Below, one piece after another: positions 19,194 to 28,857 of a DNA stretch of 64,000 nucleotides; position 1 is the stretch's first letter; each line of letters begins with the position of its first letter. The translations under genes and the position numbers were made by a program. The notes below the pieces were generated by a model. That model was not told the origin of the DNA. It saw only the letters and a program-made list of their open reading frames with translations, and did no database searches. This DNA comes from an uncultured Actinomycetes bacterium (GTDB taxonomy: Bacteria; Actinomycetota; Actinomycetes; Streptosporangiales; Streptosporangiaceae). The stretch lies in assembly GCA_963755815.1 (NCBI GenBank), contig CAVWLF010000001.1:1-64000 (forward strand), written 5' to 3'.

Positions 19194-19514
19194 TTAGAAA
19201 GCGGGCCCTGGCTCCGTGGTGAACTGCTGGAAGTCCTGCACCAGCCCGCCACTCGGGTTCTCCCGGTCGACGCCCAGCTGGTTGGTCGGGCCGTGACTGC
19301 CAGTGTCAACAGTCAGTGCCAGCGGGTGCGAAATGAAGGTGTCGCTGGCCGCGACCCACGGGCAGTAGTTGCCGGCGATCCGGCAGTCGCCGCCGAGGCC
19401 CTGGGCACGGTCGCCCACGAACAGCGTGCGGGTGGTGGCGCCGCAGGGAACAGATTCAGCAAATTCAGGGAGTTTATTTTGGCACACGAATTTGTCGACG
19501 GAAATCGTACGCAT
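19194..19514 (-). CDS. small Cys-containing hypothetical protein with AT-rich 5' end
   Basis: 106-aa ORF. AAGG RBS 6 nt upstream of ATG. The first 25 codons are A/T-ending, atypical for this genome. Four Cys residues. Confidence 0.4.
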   Translation of the reverse strand: MRTISVDKFVCQNKLPEFAESVPCGATTRTLFVGDRAQGLGGDCRIAGNYCPWVAASDTFISHPLALTVDTGSHGPTNQLGVDRENPSGGLVQDFQQFTTEPGPAF

Positions 19515-19888
19515 TTACCTTGATTTAGTCGCCGGAATTTCATCTGATATCGCAGCCATAAACGATATGCATTCATCTCATGAGGATTGCCAATACAAGA
19601 TCACGCAACATTAAAATAATACGTAATCATATTTAGAGGGCATATAGCCGGCATCTTGATGGGCCCGGGCAGGCCTGACGCCAGGCGGCCGGGCGGCCAG
19701 ACGACGTAGGTAGGGCCAGAACGCGCGGCCGTAAGTCGTGGATGCGCTCAGGCGCCCGGGCCGCGACACGCCGGGCCGCAGCGCCGAGGCCAGGTACGCC
19801 GCCGGAATTACGTGATCCCGCCGGGGTCCGGCCGGGGCGCAGCGTGCCTGGCCGGGACGCAGCACCGAGGCCAGGCACGCCGCCGGAA

Positions 19889-21076
19889 TTACGTGATCGC
19901 GCCGGGGGTTCCGGCCGCCTCCTGACTGTCGTTCGCCGGACCGGAGATCTCATTCTCCCGGCCGGAGAGCTCATAGGAGGTGCCGACCTTGTCCGTCGAG
20001 CCGCTCAGGCTCTTCTTCACCGACTCGAGAATCGTCAGGCCCTGGCCGACGAGGCCGGCCGCGATCTCGCTGAGGCCGTCCGCGCCGTTCAGCACGCTCA
20101 GGTTCGCGCCCGCCAGGCCGCCGGCCGCCTCCCGTACGATCTGCGGGAGTTGCTCGATCAGCATCCGGTCCAGGGCTATCCGCTGATGCGAGGCCGCCGC
20201 CTCGGCCTGGAACTTGACTCGCTGGGCATCGGCCTGCGCGAGGATGCGCACCTTCTCCGCCTCTGCCTCGGCCGGCCTGATCACCTCGGCGACGAGCTGG
20301 CGCTGGCGCAGTTCAGCCTGCCGGTGGGCCAGCTCCGTCTGAGCGGCGAGCACTCCCATGGTGGCCTGCGCCTGCGCGAGCGGCCCGGCCTGGGCCGCCT
20401 CGGCCTGCGCTTTGTCGATCTCCGCCTTGTACTGCGCCTGCACCACCGAGGTCTGCCGGGCGTACTCGGCCTGCTTGCGCTGTGACTCCTGCTGCGCCTC
20501 GGCCGAGGCCTGGTTAGCCTGCGCCTGGGCGATCTGCGCCTGCCGCTGGATCGCGGCGTTATGCGGCGCGGCCATCGCGTCGATGTAGCCGGAGTTCATG
20601 TCGTCGATCGACTGGATCTGCAGCGAGTCGACGGTCAGCCCGATCTTGACCATCTCCGCCTTGGAGCCGTCGAGCACCTCACTGGCCAGCTTCTGCCGCT
20701 CGGTGACGATCTCCTCGACCGTCATCGAGCCGATGATGGAGCGCAGGTGCCCGGCAAAGATCCGGCCGGTCAGCGTGGACATCTGGTCCTGGTCGGACAG
20801 AAACCGCTGCCCGGCATTGACGATGCTCTCCTCATCGTTGCCCACCTTGAACGCGATGACCGAGCGGACATTCAGCGAGATGCCCTGCTTGGTGACGCAG
20901 GTCTCGGCGACCTCGGCCTCGCACATGGCCAGCGTAAGGAATCTCGTTTTCCGGACAAACGGCACGATAAAAGCACCATGGCCGGTCACGACCCGGAACG
21001 GCGCACCGTTGCGGCCATATCTCCCACCGGAGACCAGCATGGCCTCATCCGGTGCTGGAACGCGGTATCCGAACAT
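19889..21076 (-). CDS. flotillin-like SPFH/band-7 domain protein
   Basis: N-terminal SPFH domain followed by a long Ala/Gln/Glu-rich coiled-coil (AQAQANQASAEAQQESQRKQAEYARQ...), the typical flotillin (YqiK/FloT-like) architecture. Confidence 0.85.
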   Translation of the reverse strand: MFGYRVPAPDEAMLVSGGRYGRNGAPFRVVTGHGAFIVPFVRKTRFLTLAMCEAEVAETCVTKQGISLNVRSVIAFKVGNDEESIVNAGQRFLSDQDQMSTLTGRIFAGHLRSIIGSMTVEEIVTERQKLASEVLDGSKAEMVKIGLTVDSLQIQSIDDMNSGYIDAMAAPHNAAIQRQAQIAQAQANQASAEAQQESQRKQAEYARQTSVVQAQYKAEIDKAQAEAAQAGPLAQAQATMGVLAAQTELAHRQAELRQRQLVAEVIRPAEAEAEKVRILAQADAQRVKFQAEAAASHQRIALDRMLIEQLPQIVREAAGGLAGANLSVLNGADGLSEIAAGLVGQGLTILESVKKSLSGSTDKVGTSYELSGRENEISGPANDSQEAAGTPGAIT

Positions 21077-21312
21077 CTCTCATCTCCAAGCGCATTGCCG
21101 GGTTCTGGCCCGGCACCCTCAATTGTTGTCACTCTGGCCTATCGCGCTGGTGCCAGCTCTATAACATTCGCGGCCGGGCCGACCCGCGAGGTTCACCGCT
21201 AGCCGCCATGAGGTCCACCGCTGACCAGACCGGCCGGATCGCTGCCTGCCAACCCCGGCCGGTTGACTGCCCGCCAGTCGCGGCTCGCTCGCTAGTCACT
21301 GGCCCGGCCGGC

Positions 21313-21561
21313 TCACTGGTCACCGGCTTCTCCCGGAAAGGGACCAACCGGGTCGGTCCATTCGCTGACATCGACGGACCTGGCCCCCCGGGATTCGATG
21401 ACCAGGACCGTGGCGCCCTTAGGTATCGGCTCGGGCGACCAGGCGATGTAGGCCTCTGATCCGCCCCGGATCTTGACCAGTACCTCTCCCGGGCCCTTGG
21501 TGCCCCGCGTGGCGATGAGGATGACACCGATGGATCCGATCACTGACTCTTCCCGAGGCAC
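21313..21561 (-). CDS. NfeD-like C-terminal OB-fold domain protein (flotillin partner)
   Basis: 82 aa with GEVLVKIRGGSEAYIAWS...GATVLVIE beta-barrel motif. Located directly upstream of the flotillin gene, as in nfeD-floT pairs. Confidence 0.6.
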   Translation of the reverse strand: MPREESVIGSIGVILIATRGTKGPGEVLVKIRGGSEAYIAWSPEPIPKGATVLVIESRGARSVDVSEWTDPVGPFPGEAGDQ

Positions 21562-21876
21562 CGGCAGCCACTCCTCATACCACCCAGACCTGGGTGCTCA
21601 CACTATCCCCGCCGCCGGCATCCGGGCGACTGGCGCTACCCGGGTCAGGCCGCCAACTTCGCCGGACGCGACCCGGAATAGGGCCGCGGCCGGGTGCGTT
21701 CACTCCACCGTCGGTGTGATGTGTCCCCCGGGCCTGATCACTGCCGTCGCGGAATACCGTCCGGCTGGAACCGCGTCGCGCCACTCGCCGAGAGGCGACC
21801 ACGCACCGGCACCGGGTAACGCCCTCGCCAGCGCGATCAACGCTGACGGGGGTGTTCTCATGTCCGCCGCTGGTCA

Positions 21877-22806
21877 TCAGCCTTTCAGCGCGCCGGAGAT
21901 GAGCCCGCGCACGTAGTACCGCTGCAGCGCGACGTAGACCAGGATGCAGGGAATCATCGCGATGACGGCGCCGGCCAGCAGCAACCCGAAGTTGACCGCG
22001 CCATAGGTGCCCGTCTCGACGTTGCTGAGCGCGACCGGCAGGGTGAAGAGGCTGTCATTGGTCATGAAACTCAGCGCGCCGATGAGTTCCGTCCACGAGA
22101 ACAGGAACGCGAACAGCGCGGCGGTCGCGATCCCGGGCAGGACCAGGGGCCGGAGCACGGACACCAGCGTCCGCGTCACCGACGCCCCGTCCACCCGGGC
22201 GGCGTCGACGATCTCCCGGGGCACCTGGAGGAAGCTGTTCCGCATCACGTAGACGCCGACCGGCAGATTAAACGTGGTGTAGAACAGCGCCAGGCCGATC
22301 AGGCTGTTCAGCAGGTGCAGGAAGTGCAGCTCAAGGAACAGCGGCGTCAGCACGGCCTGGAACGGGATCATGAACGCCAGCAGCACGAGGCCGAAGGCGA
22401 GGCCCGACAGGCGGAACTTGAAGAGCGCGAAGCCATACCCGGCGAGCGTCGCCACCAGGGCCGTCAGCAGCGCGGTGAGAACGGCCACGATCAGGCTGTT
22501 CACGACGTTGCGGATGATGTCATCCTGGCCGGTCAGCAGCGCCTGGTAGTTCGCGATCGTCAGGTGGCTGAAGCTCTCCCCGGACAGCGGCGCGCCGATC
22601 GCGGACTCGGGCTGCAGGGAGCGGACGATCTCCCAGAGCAGCGGCACGACGAACACCGCGCTGATCGCCACGCCCGCGACCAGGAAAGCGGCCAGCCCGC
22701 CGCGGCCCCGGCGGCCGCTCCGGGACGCGCCGCGGGCGGGCGGGCCGGACGGCGGCCGGGGACCGGTCGTGGCCCGCTGATCCCGGCGGCTGCGCACGGA
22801 TGCCAT
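21877..22806 (-). CDS. carbohydrate ABC transporter permease (MalG-like)
   Basis: EAA-like loop DAARVDGASVTRTLVSVLRPL. Six TM segments. Overlaps the upstream permease gene. Confidence 0.85.
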   Translation of the reverse strand: MASVRSRRDQRATTGPRPPSGPPARGASRSGRRGRGGLAAFLVAGVAISAVFVVPLLWEIVRSLQPESAIGAPLSGESFSHLTIANYQALLTGQDDIIRNVVNSLIVAVLTALLTALVATLAGYGFALFKFRLSGLAFGLVLLAFMIPFQAVLTPLFLELHFLHLLNSLIGLALFYTTFNLPVGVYVMRNSFLQVPREIVDAARVDGASVTRTLVSVLRPLVLPGIATAALFAFLFSWTELIGALSFMTNDSLFTLPVALSNVETGTYGAVNFGLLLAGAVIAMIPCILVYVALQRYYVRGLISGALKG

Positions 22807-23765
22807 TAGTAGTCGTCCTCCCCCTGGAGGAAGTGGAACTGAATAAAGGTGATGAGCCCGACGACCACGACGAGCACGACCGACATCGCGCTGGCCAGGC
22901 CCACATCCGTCTGCGGGAATGCGGTGTCATAGATCGACATCACGACGGGTACCGTGCTGGTCCCCGGCCCGCCGTCGGTAATGATGAAGAACTGATTAAA
23001 GGCCAGAAACGAGCCCACCACCGAAATGATCAGGCTCAGCGCGATCGACCTGCGCAGCAGCGGAATCGTGATCCGCCGCTCGGTCATCCACCAGGAAGCC
23101 CCGTCGACCCGGGCCGCCTCGTAGAGTTCGGTCGGGATCGCCTGCATTCCGGCCATCAGCAGCATCATGGTCAGCCCGGCCGCGAACCAGATAACGAGAC
23201 CGCTGATCGCCGTCAGCGCCAGCCCAGTATGCACGGTCCACGCGGTATTGATGCTGGCCAGGCCGAGCTTCGACAGCACGAAGTTCGCCGTCCCCGAGCC
23301 GGGCTGCAGCTCCACCACCGCCATGTAGCTCTCCGCCACCAGCCCGACGATGTAGGGCAGGAAGATCATCGTCCGGAACAGCGACGAACCGCGCCGGTTC
23401 GACCGGACGAACAGCGCCAGGGCGTAGCCGAGCACGAAGATCGGGACCGTGACGATCGCCGTGTACTTCAGCGTGAACACGATCGACTGGATGAACACCG
23501 TGTTATGGATGAGCCCGCTGTAGTTCGACAGGCCGATGAAGTGATACGCCCCGATGAGCGGCCAGTTCGTCAGCGAGATGTAGATGCCGAACCCGAGCGG
23601 GAAGAGGGCGAAAACGCCGACGAACAGCAGCGCGGGCGAGACCAGCAGCAGGCCGGTCCGGGCGTCCCTGCGGGCTCGCGCACTGGGCGGCGACGCAGGC
23701 CGGCCCCTTCGCCGTAGCAGCGTGGCTCTGGCCGGAATCGCGCCCGGCGCCTCTGTCCGTGCCAA
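22806..23765 (-). CDS. carbohydrate ABC transporter permease (MalF-like)
   Basis: EAA loop EAARVDGASWWMTERRITIPLL. Multiple TM helices. Confidence 0.85.
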   Translation of the reverse strand: MARTEAPGAIPARATLLRRRGRPASPPSARARRDARTGLLLVSPALLFVGVFALFPLGFGIYISLTNWPLIGAYHFIGLSNYSGLIHNTVFIQSIVFTLKYTAIVTVPIFVLGYALALFVRSNRRGSSLFRTMIFLPYIVGLVAESYMAVVELQPGSGTANFVLSKLGLASINTAWTVHTGLALTAISGLVIWFAAGLTMMLLMAGMQAIPTELYEAARVDGASWWMTERRITIPLLRRSIALSLIISVVGSFLAFNQFFIITDGGPGTSTVPVVMSIYDTAFPQTDVGLASAMSVVLVVVVGLITFIQFHFLQGEDDY

Positions 23766-23858
23766 CGGTCCTCTTCCTCCGCTTGTCGCGCCCTGCGCCC
23801 GCTTGCGCCGCGTCCGGCCTGGCTCCCGGCCAGGCCGGACGCGCGGCGCAAGGTCCGG

Positions 23859-25184
23859 TCAGCCCTTCACGGTGTCCAGTGTGCTCTGGACACCGGACTG
23901 GCCTTCCTGCAATCCGGCGCTGAGATTGCCGTTGTAGACCGCATCCTCGAACATCTTGAACCACGGCGACCCTGGCTCGTTGAATACCGCGTCGTAAGCG
24001 AGCGTGTACTCGACCGATCCCTTGGCCAGTGCCTTTAGTGCCACGGCGTCGTAGGGGAACTTGGCCGCGAAGGCAGGCGTCAGCACGTCGCTGCGGACCG
24101 GCGTGTCGCCCAGCGTCGGGTACTCGGCCTGCTGCTTCGGCTCAAGCGCCCACTTGACGAACTCCCAGGCACCGGACGGATTCGGAGCGCCGGCCGGGAT
24201 CACGAAGTTGTCGCCGCCGTCGAAGGTGCTGTAGCCGCCGCCGTTGACCGCGGGGAGCGGCGCGTCGGCGAAATCGGCCTTATCCTGCTTGCTCGTCATC
24301 GCGGCCGCGAATCCGTAGTCGCCAGGTAGGATGCCGACCTTGCCTGCTTCGAAGTCCTTGCCCCAGGTGAGGCCATTCTGGGTCTGGTCGGCCACGGGCA
24401 CGAGGTGCTTGGCCCACAGCGTGTGGTAGTCGGCCAGCATCGTCTTGAGCGGAGCGTCGTTAGCGACGTTGGCCTTCTGCGTGCCGAGGGGCCCGACAAT
24501 GAGGTGCTGGCCGGACGCCCACAGCGAAGGCAGCATCACGAACCCGAGGCAGCCCTGGCAGTCGCCGGCGAACGAGAATCCGGAGATGCCGTGGCCGAGC
24601 GCACTGATCTTCTCGGAATCCGACACAATCTGGGCGTAGCTCGTCGGCGGGGCGTTCGGGTTGAGCCCGGCCCTCTTGAACAGGGCCTTGTTGTACCAGA
24701 GGACCGAGAGGTCGGCCAGGTAGGGCACGCCGTAGTACTGGTTGCCGATGGTGGCGAGCTTCAGGTGGCCCGGGCTGAGCTGGTTCTTGTACGGCAGCGC
24801 GTTGACGTACTTGGTGATGTTCAACAGCGCGTGCTCACGGGCAAAGGCTGGCACGTCGATGTCGTTCAGCCCGACGACGTCGGGCACCGAGCCGGCCCGG
24901 ATGGCCGTCGCCAGCTGGCTGGTGTCATCGTTGGGCGGGGTGAGGTGAAGCACTACCTTCAGGTTCTTGTGCGTCGCGTTGAACTGGGCAGTCAGTGCCT
25001 TGGCCGGGCCGTCAGTGGCCTGCCTCGCCCAGAAATGCACCACGCCGGTGGCGTTCACGCCGAACGTCTTGGCCGACTGCCCGGTCCCTGATGATGACGA
25101 CGACCCGCCGCAGGCCGCGAGCACCAGCGCTGCGGCGGCGCCAGCCGCGATGACCGCAAGCGATCTGGAGTGGGCATGTCTCAT
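23859..25184 (-). CDS. ABC transporter extracellular solute-binding lipoprotein (sugar family 1)
   Basis: Lipoprotein signal ...AALVLAACGGSSSSSG. Long periplasmic-binding domain. Heads the permease operon. The ORF can start 2-20 codons earlier. Confidence 0.85.
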   Translation of the reverse strand: MRHAHSRSLAVIAAGAAAALVLAACGGSSSSSGTGQSAKTFGVNATGVVHFWARQATDGPAKALTAQFNATHKNLKVVLHLTPPNDDTSQLATAIRAGSVPDVVGLNDIDVPAFAREHALLNITKYVNALPYKNQLSPGHLKLATIGNQYYGVPYLADLSVLWYNKALFKRAGLNPNAPPTSYAQIVSDSEKISALGHGISGFSFAGDCQGCLGFVMLPSLWASGQHLIVGPLGTQKANVANDAPLKTMLADYHTLWAKHLVPVADQTQNGLTWGKDFEAGKVGILPGDYGFAAAMTSKQDKADFADAPLPAVNGGGYSTFDGGDNFVIPAGAPNPSGAWEFVKWALEPKQQAEYPTLGDTPVRSDVLTPAFAAKFPYDAVALKALAKGSVEYTLAYDAVFNEPGSPWFKMFEDAVYNGNLSAGLQEGQSGVQSTLDTVKG

Positions 25185-25280
25185 GGCCATCCGCCTTTCG
25201 TGCCTAGTGCTCGAACCGCGGGCGGGTGCCGCCCGGGTGTTACGCCCTTGCATGTCGATGAGCCTCCTCGGTGAGGGGTC

Positions 25281-27434
25281 TTACGCTTCTTCTGCTGACA
25301 GCGGGGCCCGGCCAGCGGCCGGGTGATCCCTGGTGGCCGGCTGGCCGGACCGGCTCAATGGCATCCAGACCCGCATGGCCTGGCCGTCGCGGTTGTCCCA
25401 CTGGAAGTAAGGGACGGCAACCGCCGTTACGGGACCGCCGCCGGGCTCGTCCGGCAGCGGGGCATAGGGCAGTCCGCCGCGGCTGACTGACGGCAGCCGG
25501 ACCGCGGCCGCCTCGATGATCACGGTCGGGCCCACGCCCGGCAGCCTGGCCTCGCGCTCGGTGAGGCCGCCCGCGCCCGGGCCGGCGGAGCCGCCGCCGG
25601 CGCCCTCCGGGCTCTCGCCGCCAGCGCCCGCCGGGCTGAGCGCGAGATCTTCGACACTCACCCCGCTGGGCTGGTCGGCCTGCTCGAAGCAGTAAGTGAG
25701 CGGGCCCCGTTCTACCGCCACGGTGCCCCGCAACGCGTCAATCCGCCGGTTCGGATACGTCAGGCGCGGCCTGACGTCCATCGACAGGGACAGCACGTCA
25801 TCCGGCTGCCAGCACCGTCGCACGATCAGGTAACCGTGGTCATCGGCGGCCGAGGCAACCGGCTGGCCGTTGACGCTGACGGACGCATCGCGGCACCAGC
25901 CCGGGATCCGCACCGCCAGCCCGCACTCGGCGCCGGGCGCACGGCGCACCCGGAGGTCAGCGGTGCCGGTCCAGGGGTAGCTGGTGGCGACGTCCAGGGC
26001 GAAGTCGCCCTCCGGCAGCCGCGCGCTGACCTGCGAGCCGGTTAGCTGGTGCAGGTACAGCACGTCGCCGGCCACGGTCGCGATGTAGTGCTCAAGCGAC
26101 GCCATCAGCCGCATGATGTTCGGCGGGCAGCAGGCGCAGGAGAACCATTCCCGGCGGCGCCCCGGATCGTCGTCCTCGAAGTGATCATCACGCCGCTGCA
26201 GCGGGTTGACGTAGAAGAACCGCCGCCCGTCCGCGGACAATGCCGCGGCGAAGCCGTTGTAGAGCACTCGCTCCATCAGGTCCGCGTACCGTGCGTCGCC
26301 GGTCGCGAGCAGCAGCCGCCAGCTCCACTGGAAGCTCGCGATCGCGGCGCAGGTCTCGTTGTAGGCGCGGTCCGGCGGCAGCTCGAAGGCGTCGCCGAAT
26401 GCCTCGCCCGAATGCCGGGACCCGTTGCCGCCAGTGAGCGCGGTCTTGGTGGCGACCATGTCCTCCCAGCGGGCGATCGACGCGGCCAGCAGTTCGGGGT
26501 CGCCGGTCTCGACGGCCACGTCGACGACGCCGCTCTCCAGGTACAGTGCCCGGACGACATGCCCGACCTCGGTCGGGGACTCGCGGACGGGCAGGTGATC
26601 CTGCAGGTAGCGGATGCCGAAGCCGGAGTCGCCGATCATGCCGTGGCCGCGCTGGTTGATGAACTGCGTGGCCAGCTGGAGATAGCCGGGCGTGCCGGTC
26701 TGCCGGTATAGCTCCACCAGGGCCGTCTCGATGATCGGGTGACCGTCCAGCCCGGCTTCCTGGCCGAGGAAGACGTCCACCAGGTGATCGGCGAAGCGCC
26801 GGGCCACCTCCAGCAGCCCATCATCGAACGTCCTGCTGGTTGCGACCGCGGCCTGGATCAGGTGGCCCGCGCAGTACAGTTCATGGCTCGACTCAAGCCT
26901 GGCGTAGCGCCGGGCTCCGCTGGCCTGGATGCAGGAGTTCAGGTATCCGTCCGCCTGCTGCGCCTTCGCCAGCAGGGACGTGACCTCGGCGGCGAAGGCG
27001 GCCAGCCCGGGATCTGCCGCGTGACCGAGCTCCCAGCCGATCGCCTCCAGCGTCTTGTAGATATCGGAGTCCATGAACGCCGGGCCGCGGTACCCCTCGC
27101 CGGTCCCGGCGATAGCCAGCCGCAGGTTGTCGAGGTTGCCCGCCGCCTGCAGCTGGCGCAGCGCCAGCGGAAGGCTCGCCGCGCGATTCCGCTGCTGCCA
27201 GTCGTACAGCAGGCCGCTGGTAAGCCGGACACCGCTCCCGACCGCACTCGTCGTGCCCGCATCATCCCCGGCCGCACTCGTGCCGTCGGCGCCCGTGCTG
27301 GCCAGCGGCCGGTGGGCCACGGCGGCCGACGCCGTCGGGTGTACCGGACCGCGGGCCGGTACTGCTCTCTCCGCATTAGCCACGTGCGCGACTCCGCTGC
27401 TGCTGACCGGGTGACCCTGGCTGCCGGAAGCCAC
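25281..27434 (-). CDS. glycoside hydrolase family 127 (beta-L-arabinofuranosidase, HypBA1-like)
   Basis: Conserved GH127/DUF1680 segments (YNETCAAIASFQWSWRLL, FYVNPLQRRD). Cys-rich catalytic/zinc region WFSCACCPPNIMRL. The N-terminal ~60 aa and the C-terminus are low-complexity; the true start may be an internal GTG. Confidence 0.85.
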   Translation of the reverse strand: MASGSQGHPVSSSGVAHVANAERAVPARGPVHPTASAAVAHRPLASTGADGTSAAGDDAGTTSAVGSGVRLTSGLLYDWQQRNRAASLPLALRQLQAAGNLDNLRLAIAGTGEGYRGPAFMDSDIYKTLEAIGWELGHAADPGLAAFAAEVTSLLAKAQQADGYLNSCIQASGARRYARLESSHELYCAGHLIQAAVATSRTFDDGLLEVARRFADHLVDVFLGQEAGLDGHPIIETALVELYRQTGTPGYLQLATQFINQRGHGMIGDSGFGIRYLQDHLPVRESPTEVGHVVRALYLESGVVDVAVETGDPELLAASIARWEDMVATKTALTGGNGSRHSGEAFGDAFELPPDRAYNETCAAIASFQWSWRLLLATGDARYADLMERVLYNGFAAALSADGRRFFYVNPLQRRDDHFEDDDPGRRREWFSCACCPPNIMRLMASLEHYIATVAGDVLYLHQLTGSQVSARLPEGDFALDVATSYPWTGTADLRVRRAPGAECGLAVRIPGWCRDASVSVNGQPVASAADDHGYLIVRRCWQPDDVLSLSMDVRPRLTYPNRRIDALRGTVAVERGPLTYCFEQADQPSGVSVEDLALSPAGAGGESPEGAGGGSAGPGAGGLTEREARLPGVGPTVIIEAAAVRLPSVSRGGLPYAPLPDEPGGGPVTAVAVPYFQWDNRDGQAMRVWMPLSRSGQPATRDHPAAGRAPLSAEEA

Positions 27435-27523
27435 GATCGGAGGAATAGGTTTTCCTCAGCAAGGTAGAGTCTGCGAATGTTGCCGTCAAGCCTGTACAGG
27501 TTCTCTTTTATTACGATATTAAG

Positions 27524-28663
27524 ATGGTGGCCGAGGCGTTAGATGGGAGCAACCGTTTGCCTGGCAGGGAAGCTGACCCGAAGCGGGCGACCATCAGGGA
27601 CGTCGCGGCGCAAGCCGGCGTCTCGATCGGCACTGCCTCGAAGGCACTCAACGGTCAGGGAAAGCTGCGCCCGGAGACCCGGGACCGGGTCGCCGCGGCG
27701 GCGCGCAAGCTGGACTTCGCGCCGAATGTCCTGGCCCGGGGTCTGCTCGCAGGAAGAACCTACACCGTGGGCGTCATCACCACGGATAGCTTCGGGCGGT
27801 TCAGCATCCCGGTCATGCTCGGTGCCGAGGACGCCCTGGGAGCGGGCCAGATTTCGGTCTTCATGTGTGATACCCGCGATGACCCGGCCCGGGAGCGGCA
27901 GTACCTGGAGATGCTGCTGAGCCGCCGGGTGGACGGCCTGATCGTGACCGGCCGGCGGATCGAGCCGCGGCCGAGCATCGGCCGGACGCTGGGAATCCCC
28001 GTGGTCTACGCGATGACGCAGTCCCTCGACAGCGACGAGCCGGCGATCCTGCCCGACGACTATGGCGGCGGCATGATGGCGGCCAGGCACCTGCTGGCCG
28101 ATGGCCGGACCCGGATCGGGCATATCACCGGTCCCGAGCGATTCCTGGCCGCGCGCAAGCGCGCGGGGGGTTTCTGCGAGGCCGTCGCCAGCGCCGGCGT
28201 GCAGTTCTCGCCGCATGATGTCCTGTACGGCGAGTGGAGCGAGCGGTGGGGCCGCGAGGGGGTTCGCATCCTGCTGCGGGGTTCCCCGGACGTGCAGGCC
28301 ATCTTCTGCGGCAGCGACCAGATAGCCCGCGGCGTCTCCGAGACGCTGCGGTTGCTCGGCCACCGGGTGCCTGATGACATCGCGCTGGTGGGCTTCGACA
28401 ACTGGGAGCCCATGGTTGCCGGCGCGGATCCGCCGCTCACCAGCATCGACATGTGCCTGGAGGACGTCGGGCGGACGGCGGCCGAGCACTTGCTCGCAGC
28501 GATCAACGACGAGCCGACGCATGGCGTGCATACCGTGCCGTGCCGTCTGGTCATCCGCAGATCAGCCGGCCTGGCCGAGAACGGGCCCGCTGACCTGGCC
28601 GGCAGCAGGTCCGGTGAGCGGCCGGATGGCGGGCCGGCCGTCCAGCCCGGCGGCGCCGGATGA
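27524..28663 (+). CDS. LacI family transcriptional regulator
   Basis: N-terminal HTH ATIRDVAAQAGVSIGTASKALNG plus a periplasmic-binding-fold effector domain. Divergent from GH127. Confidence 0.8.
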   Translation: MVAEALDGSNRLPGREADPKRATIRDVAAQAGVSIGTASKALNGQGKLRPETRDRVAAAARKLDFAPNVLARGLLAGRTYTVGVITTDSFGRFSIPVMLGAEDALGAGQISVFMCDTRDDPARERQYLEMLLSRRVDGLIVTGRRIEPRPSIGRTLGIPVVYAMTQSLDSDEPAILPDDYGGGMMAARHLLADGRTRIGHITGPERFLAARKRAGGFCEAVASAGVQFSPHDVLYGEWSERWGREGVRILLRGSPDVQAIFCGSDQIARGVSETLRLLGHRVPDDIALVGFDNWEPMVAGADPPLTSIDMCLEDVGRTAAEHLLAAINDEPTHGVHTVPCRLVIRRSAGLAENGPADLAGSRSGERPDGGPAVQPGGAG

Positions 28664-28720
28664 CGCGGTGGCGCCGCAGCGGCGGCACGCTGCCCGGCGC
28701 CATCGCGGGCTGGAACCATC

Positions 28721-28845
28721 GGCACGATCGCGGATCACAACTACCAGCACGATCACAGATCAGAACCACCAGCACCGCCGCGGGTCAGAGCTCCGGGCAC
28801 GATCACGGATCAGAGCTACCGGCACGATCGCGGATGAGAACTTGC
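28721..28845 (+). repeat. five imperfect ~25-bp tandem repeats (gGCACGATCrCrGATCAsArC) upstream of the ABC ATPase gene
   Basis: Units at about 28721, 28746, 28771 (degenerate), 28795 and 28821. They end 12 bp before the GGAGGG RBS of the ATPase gene. Confidence 0.6.
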
Positions 28846-28857
28846 GGAGGGACGGCA

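Noticed and set aside
21575-21916. ORFs in the spacer between the NfeD-like gene and the ABC permease gene
   Set aside because: They are short, low-complexity and mutually overlapping in different frames. They are likely non-coding intergenic DNA.
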